Shown: positions 36,154 to 40,804 of the stretch, piece by piece | Position numbering within the stretch: position 1 is the stretch's first letter | Layout of the letters: each line of letters opens with the position of its first letter | From: a virus | Lineage: Duplodnaviria; Caudoviricetes | Direction: 5' to 3' (one strand) | Length of the DNA stretch: 40,804 nucleotides | IMG/VR virus record: IMGVR_UViG_3300009095_000030 | Span: 1-40,804 of that record | Made by a program: the position numbers and the translations under genes | The notes under the pieces: generated by a model | Told to the model about the DNA's origin: nothing | The model's input: only the letters and a program-made list of their open reading frames with translations | Databases searched by the model: none

Positions 36154-36780
36154 ATGGCTATCGAGCTGAAGATCCAGGTGATGACCCTCGACGGGATCCC
36201 CCTCGGCTGCCCTGACTGCGGCACCAACGCGTTCTCGCTCGACGGCCGCGGCCCCATCGACGCGCTCGCCACCGTGTGGGCCACCTGCGCCAACTACCAC
36301 AGCTGGGAGCACCCCATGCTGACCGTCGCCGACCTCAGGGCCATCGACGAGGTGCGCACCGGCCGCCAGTCGGCCGAGGACATCGACACCTTCGAGATCG
36401 TGATCGGCGGTGCGGTCCTCGCCGGGGTGCTGCAGCCCGAGGTGACCATCGACGACCTCAAGCGCGTCGCCCGCGACGTGTACTGGCAGCGGATCATCAA
36501 GCCCGCCATGCGGCGCCGCAAGAACGCCGCCAAGCGGGCCCTCGTCCGGCCCATCAAGAACGCCGGCCGCAACGCCGTCGCCGCGGCCAAGGCCACCGCG
36601 CTGGAGACGGCCTGGACCGCCCAGGCCGGCGGCTACGAGCCCGACCCCGACTACACGCCCGAACCCGTCACCCCCTGCCCCGCGTGCGGCGGGAAGGGCG
36701 AGCACCGCCTCAAGACCCGCCTGCACGACACCACCCGCGTCCGCTGCTCCGTGTGCCACGGCACCGGCGAAATCGACTAG
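36154..36780 (+). CDS. Zn-finger protein with C-terminal CxxCxGxG repeats
   Basis: AAGGAG RBS; CPDCG; CPACGGKG...CSVCHGTG. Confidence 0.75.
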   Translation: MAIELKIQVMTLDGIPLGCPDCGTNAFSLDGRGPIDALATVWATCANYHSWEHPMLTVADLRAIDEVRTGRQSAEDIDTFEIVIGGAVLAGVLQPEVTIDDLKRVARDVYWQRIIKPAMRRRKNAAKRALVRPIKNAGRNAVAAAKATALETAWTAQAGGYEPDPDYTPEPVTPCPACGGKGEHRLKTRLHDTTRVRCSVCHGTGEID

Positions 36781-36790
36781 GAGACCCACC

Positions 36791-37231
36791 ATGCCCGAGC
36801 CCGCCACCCCGATGAGCGAGGAGGCCGCCAAGGAAGCCGCCCGCCTCATCGAGACCGCGTTCCGCGACGACACCCCCATCCCCGCCGTCGGCCCGACCCC
36901 GCCCGTCCCTCAGCCTGGCCGGCCGCCCATGAGCCAGAAGGCCACCGACGCCAGCATGGTCATGCTCGCCGCCGGAGTCGCCTCCGTGCCGATCGGCGGC
37001 AGCGTGTCCCTCGTGCTGTACACGCTCGGCCACGTCGACCCCACCGCGCTCGCCATCGGCGCCGCCGCCCCCGTCGCCCTCATCCTCGCCATCGGCGGCC
37101 TGCTCCGCCGAGCCCGCGGTGTCCTGCCCGAGGAGCACCACCACCACTACACGGGGCCCGTCCACCAGGACCAGCGGACACAGACCAGCAACACCCGCGG
37201 GCTCATCGCCCGGACCAACAACCAGCAGTGA
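36791..37231 (+). CDS. SpdD-like (DUF6251-like) membrane protein
   Basis: Pro-rich PPVPQPGRPPMSQKATD, two TM helices, HHHHYTGPVHQ tail. Confidence 0.65.
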   Translation: MPEPATPMSEEAAKEAARLIETAFRDDTPIPAVGPTPPVPQPGRPPMSQKATDASMVMLAAGVASVPIGGSVSLVLYTLGHVDPTALAIGAAAPVALILAIGGLLRRARGVLPEEHHHHYTGPVHQDQRTQTSNTRGLIARTNNQQ

Positions 37232-37242
37232 GTCGACCGCCG

Positions 37243-37265
37243 TTGTCAGTGCCGCCTAGGAGAAT
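37243..37265 (+). promoter_or_regulatory. RecA-NDp/PafBC-type promoter (leaderless)
   Basis: TTGTCAGTG-N8-GAGAAT, 6 nt before ATG 37272. Confidence 0.55.
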
Positions 37266-37271
37266 CAGCAG

Positions 37272-37877
37272 ATGACGCATCCTCGTAGACCGCGTGCGAG
37301 TGTCCGGGACGCATACAGCACGAAGTACTCGCAGAACGTCGGCGACCGGATACCGCACTCCGACAAGGTCGACCCCGACGATCCGGCCCGCAGCCACATC
37401 CTCATCACCATCGCTCGCATGGAGCAGGCGGGCGTCACGATCGACGAGCGCGCGGTCGAGATCGCGACGGCACTCGGACGGTGGCACGTCGAGCAGGCGA
37501 TGCTTGAAGAGCCGGTAGCCGAAGGGGACGTCCCGAGGTGGAAGCGTCGGGGAGTCGAGCAGAACGTCGACCGCAAGGACTGGGTGTACTACGTGCGCTG
37601 CGGCCACCTCGTCAAGATCGGAACGACATGTGACCTCGCCGGGCGGTTCATCGCCATCCGCCCCAACGAGGTTCTCGCCCTGGAGCCGGGCGGGCCCGTC
37701 ATCGAGTTCGAGCGGCACCGAGAGTTCGCAGAACTCAGGGCGAGCGGGGAGTACTTCCATCCCGGACCGGCCCTGCAGCAGCAGATCCTCTCACTGCGTG
37801 AGGCGTTCGGACCGCCCAACTGGACGCGCTCCGTGGTCCCCGATGGACAGAACTGGTTCCCAGTGGACGGTATGTAG
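37272..37877 (+). CDS. GIY-YIG-like (T5orf172/MUG113-type) nuclease-domain protein
   Basis: VYYVRCGHLVKIGTT.DL..R, E...H.EF...R..GEYF. Confidence 0.75.
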   Translation: MTHPRRPRASVRDAYSTKYSQNVGDRIPHSDKVDPDDPARSHILITIARMEQAGVTIDERAVEIATALGRWHVEQAMLEEPVAEGDVPRWKRRGVEQNVDRKDWVYYVRCGHLVKIGTTCDLAGRFIAIRPNEVLALEPGGPVIEFERHREFAELRASGEYFHPGPALQQQILSLREAFGPPNWTRSVVPDGQNWFPVDGM

Positions 37878-37881
37878 TTAC

Positions 37882-37910
37882 TTGCCAGTGATCCACACGG
37901 ACTGTAATCT
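37882..37910 (+). promoter_or_regulatory. Sigma70-type promoter, candidate late promoter
   Basis: TTGCCA-N17-TAATCT. Confidence 0.55.
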
Positions 37911-37948
37911 CCGAAATTGATGGTGGAACACCCGTCGCAAGAGCACCC

Positions 37949-37983
37949 AGAACCCCCGCCGTGAACGCACCGGCGGGGGTTCT
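37949..37983 (+). terminator. Hairpin terminator/attenuator
   Basis: AGAACCCCCGCCG/CGGCGGGGGTTCT 13-bp stem. Confidence 0.7.
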
Positions 37984-38002
37984 CGCGTACCGGGGAGGTG
38001 GC

Positions 38003-38275
38003 ATGCCGGCCCACGCCAACCCGGACCTGTACGACCTGTACGAGCGCGACCTCGGCGACATCTGGGAAGCCGCACGAGTGGCCGGCGTCAAGCCTGGAAC
38101 GATCCGGGTCTGGGAGTCGCGAGGGAAGATACAGCGCGTCGACCTTCCCGGAGGCCAGCCGCTCTACCACCTGCCCACAGTCAAGGCCGCAGGTAAGGCT
38201 GGCGCCAAGCACCGACACGATGACCCGGCCGGCAACAGCCGCGGCCCGCACCGACGCACAGCCCGCGCCGCCTGA
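38003..38275 (+). CDS. MerR-like HTH DNA-binding protein
   Basis: GGGGAGG RBS; EAARVAGVKPGTIRVWESRGKI.......PLYHL. Confidence 0.75.
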   Translation: MPAHANPDLYDLYERDLGDIWEAARVAGVKPGTIRVWESRGKIQRVDLPGGQPLYHLPTVKAAGKAGAKHRHDDPAGNSRGPHRRTARAA

Positions 38276-38332
38276 TCGTCCCGCCGTCCGCTGCATTCCC
38301 CCCGCCCGGACGGCGGGGCTCGACCGCCGGAG

Positions 38333-39523
38333 GTGATGATGGCCTTCCCCTCCGGCACGCCGACCGTCACCCTCACCGGCACGCTCCCCGCTGCGGTCGC
38401 CGGCACCGGCTACGGCGGCCAGGTCGTCCTCACGCCGTCCGCGATCCTCACCGACTCGACGCGGCACGCGGTCTACCCCGGCGGTGGGAAGGTCGACATC
38501 GTCGACGGGGCGTTCAGCGTCCAGCTCATCCCCACCAACGCGGCTGGCATCAGCCCGGTGGGCTGGCGCTGGTACGTCGACGTCCAGCCTCTCCGCGGTC
38601 AGCGGCTCGCCTTCTGGGCGGCCATCGAGGGCGCCGACGGGGCGACGATTCAGCTCGACTCGCTGGTGCCGACGCAGGCGCCCGGCGGAGGGAGTGTCGG
38701 AGCGCCCGGGAAGAGCGCCTACGAGGTGGCTGTCGCCGAGGGGTTCACCGGGACGGTCACCGAGTGGCTGGCCTCCCTCGTCGGCCCTACGGGCCCGAAG
38801 GGCGATCCCGGGGACCCGGCGACCAACCTCGTCACCTCCGTCAACGGCCAGCAGGGCGTCGTAGCCCTGGACGCGGCAGACGTCGGCGCGGACGCGGCCG
38901 GCTCCGCCAGCGCGGCGCAGACCGCGGCAGCCGCCGACGCCAGCAGCAAGGTCAGCATCCACGCCAGCGCGGCCGACCCGCACGGCGACCGCGCCTGGGC
39001 CGACGCCAAGTTCGCCCTCGCCAGCACCGTGTCGGCGCTCAACATCTACGTCGACGACACCGTCAACCGGGTCGCGGCCATCGAGAACGGCACCGCATGG
39101 CTCGCCGGCCTGCACGTCGCCGGAGACGCGGAAGTATCCGGCGGCGACCTGACCGTTCACGACACGGCGAAGGGCTACCGGTTCCGCCGCGGCGGCAGCG
39201 CCCTGGACCTGGAAGCCACCGGCGCCGACCTCATCGTCTCCACCTGGTCCGGCACGGGCTTCAACGGCACGCAGTACGCGTTCGACCGCTACGCGTCCAA
39301 CGTGCTCGCCGCGCAACACGCCGGCCTACGCGAGTTCGTCTCCAGCCTCTACGGGACGGTCGTGCACACCATCGACCCGAACGGCAACCGGCTCGGCTTC
39401 CACGGCAAGCCCGCCATCACGCAGCAGGCCGTCGGCGGCTCGCGCTCGGATGGCACCGCGCTCGCGAGCCTGCTGACTGCGCTCGACACGCTCGGCCTCA
39501 TCGACGACCAGACCACCGCATAA
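38333..39523 (+). CDS. Fibre-like virion protein with short collagen-like segment
   Basis: GGAGG RBS; GKSAYEVAV..GFTGT..EWLASL, GPTGPKGDPGDP, VTSVNGQQGVV, HASAADPHG fibre motifs; exact start among 38333-38339. Confidence 0.7.
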   Translation: MMMAFPSGTPTVTLTGTLPAAVAGTGYGGQVVLTPSAILTDSTRHAVYPGGGKVDIVDGAFSVQLIPTNAAGISPVGWRWYVDVQPLRGQRLAFWAAIEGADGATIQLDSLVPTQAPGGGSVGAPGKSAYEVAVAEGFTGTVTEWLASLVGPTGPKGDPGDPATNLVTSVNGQQGVVALDAADVGADAAGSASAAQTAAAADASSKVSIHASAADPHGDRAWADAKFALASTVSALNIYVDDTVNRVAAIENGTAWLAGLHVAGDAEVSGGDLTVHDTAKGYRFRRGGSALDLEATGADLIVSTWSGTGFNGTQYAFDRYASNVLAAQHAGLREFVSSLYGTVVHTIDPNGNRLGFHGKPAITQQAVGGSRSDGTALASLLTALDTLGLIDDQTTA

Positions 39524-39534
39524 GGAGGCCCGCC

Positions 39535-39867
39535 GTGGCCCGCACCAGCATCGCCCCTGTCCAGGCCTCCCGCGCGGGCACGGTCCTCCCGGCCGCGACC
39601 GCGGGCGACGCCGTCAACGGCAACCAGATCGCCAACGATGGCCGCGTCATCCTCATCGTCAAGAACACCAACGGCGCCAGCACGGCACGCACGATCACGT
39701 TCCAGACCGCGCGGTCCGTCGACGGCCTCACCGCCCCGACCCGGCAGGAGTCCATCCCCGCGGGCGAGACGCAGGTGTTCGGGCCGTTCGACCCCAACGA
39801 CTACGGGACGACGCTGGCGTTCAACGTCGACAACGCCGAGCTCACCGTGCAGGCTATCCGCGTCTGA
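39535..39867 (+). CDS. Small beta-rich protein, possibly virion decoration
   Basis: AAGGAGG RBS; GD..NGN...NDGRV.L.VKN, IPAGET..FGPF. Confidence 0.65.
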   Translation: MARTSIAPVQASRAGTVLPAATAGDAVNGNQIANDGRVILIVKNTNGASTARTITFQTARSVDGLTAPTRQESIPAGETQVFGPFDPNDYGTTLAFNVDNAELTVQAIRV

Positions 39868-39963
39868 CGGGGAAGTCGCATCGTCACAGAACGGCCACAC
39901 CAGCCCCCTCGTGCTGCTGTTGTCCCTAAGCTCCTCGGGCCAACACCACGCAAGGGGGCCGAT

Positions 39964-40107
39964 ATGCCGAAGATCAAGACACGTCAGCGGATGGGGTGGA
40001 TCGCTATCACCTTCCACTGGACGATGATGGTGTGCACCGTCGGTCTGTGGACTCCGATCTACCTCGCGGCCCGACGCAAGAGGGTCACCGTCACCTACAT
40101 GCCCTAG
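39964..40107 (+). CDS. Small membrane protein
   Basis: AAGGGGG RBS; MPKIKTRQRMGWIAITFHWTMMVCTVGLWTPIYLAARRKR... Confidence 0.55.
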   Translation: MPKIKTRQRMGWIAITFHWTMMVCTVGLWTPIYLAARRKRVTVTYMP

Positions 40108-40162
40108 CCGTTTTCGACGGGCCCTTCCTCCCGTGCGGCATTCCCTGCGGGAGGAGGATCCG

Positions 40163-40516
40163 ATGCCCTCGCGTCTCGCTCCTCCGTGCTCCAGGCCCGG
40201 CTGTGACCAGAGCAAGCCCTGCCCGGTGCACGGCCGGGACACGCGGCGCCGCGGTGGAGCCAGCCAGCGCGGGTACGGCAAGCGGCACGAGGACCGGTTC
40301 AGGCGCGGCGTGCTGGACGCTCAGCCCGTGTGCGTGCTGTGCCGCCGCGCGCCGGCCACCGAGGCGGACCACTGGCCCAAGTCGAGGCAGCAGCTGGAGG
40401 CTGAGGGCCTGGACGCTGACGACCCGCAGTACGGCAGAGGACTGTGCAAGCCGTGCCACAGCCGGGAGACCGCGCGTCATCAGCCCGGAGGCTGGGCAGC
40501 CGAACAGCGGAGGTGA
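40163..40516 (+). CDS. HNH endonuclease (packaging-associated type)
   Basis: GGAGGAGG RBS; CSRPGC...CPVH, ASQRGYG, CVLC....ATEADH, GLCKPCHSRET. Confidence 0.88.
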   Translation: MPSRLAPPCSRPGCDQSKPCPVHGRDTRRRGGASQRGYGKRHEDRFRRGVLDAQPVCVLCRRAPATEADHWPKSRQQLEAEGLDADDPQYGRGLCKPCHSRETARHQPGGWAAEQRR

Positions 40517-40521
40517 TAGCC

Positions 40522-40707
40522 ATGCCGAAGGGCAAGGGAGGGCGCATCCGCGGCATCGTGGCCGGCCGACGGGATGTGTACGAGGCACTGAAGGGCCGCC
40601 TGGGCAAGACCTCGGCCGCCAGGATCGCCAACGCGGGGAAGACTCACTCGGACAGGTCGAGGATGGCCCGGAAGGCGGCCCGGACGCGGAAGCAGCGCGG
40701 CGGATGA
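40522..40707 (+). CDS. Small basic protein
   Basis: GGAGG RBS; YEALK..LGKTSAARIANA...KAARTRK. Confidence 0.65.
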   Translation: MPKGKGGRIRGIVAGRRDVYEALKGRLGKTSAARIANAGKTHSDRSRMARKAARTRKQRGG

Positions 40708-40804
40708 TCGCCGCCAAGATCGATCCGGAATGATCATCCCAAGATCCTCGCGCGCACGCGCACGCCCGGGTGGGGGCGCACCCGCCCGCGCGCGCACGGG
40801 AGAC

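Noticed and set aside
28519-37877. Independent AICE inserted in the phage
   Set aside because: No integrase, excisionase, Rep gene or flanking direct repeats seen within or around the block

Overview
A very GC-rich, actinomycete-type (most likely Streptomyces, by inference) temperate siphophage genome segment with an intact attP, so it is probably an excised, virion or circular form rather than an integrated prophage. Order: end of tape measure and tail genes including a GDPD-domain tail protein (1-4958); amidase endolysin and holin-like genes (5016-6576); an accessory island with a tRNA-like element, a second Cre-like tyrosine recombinase, small DNA-damage-promoter genes and putative small RNAs (6600-11300); attP carrying the 3' end of an acyl-CoA dehydrogenase gene, integrase, repressor, Cro and Xis (11295-14614); early genes with YqaJ/RecT, C5 methyltransferase, an iteron-containing initiator and DnaB (14700-28465); a ~9 kb AICE/plasmid-type transfer module (three Nudix genes, divergent Kor-like switch, Spd-like membrane proteins, TraB-like FtsK ATPase, clt-like repeat array; 28519-37231); then late-control, fibre-like and HNH genes up to a probable packaging region. 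The two most striking observations are (1) a tailed phage that appears to carry a TraB/clt conjugation system and (2) a LexA-boxed structured RNA beside attP with exact complementarity to the ribosome-binding site and start codon of the gene preceding the integrase. All family calls come from motif recognition by eye; no searches were run.
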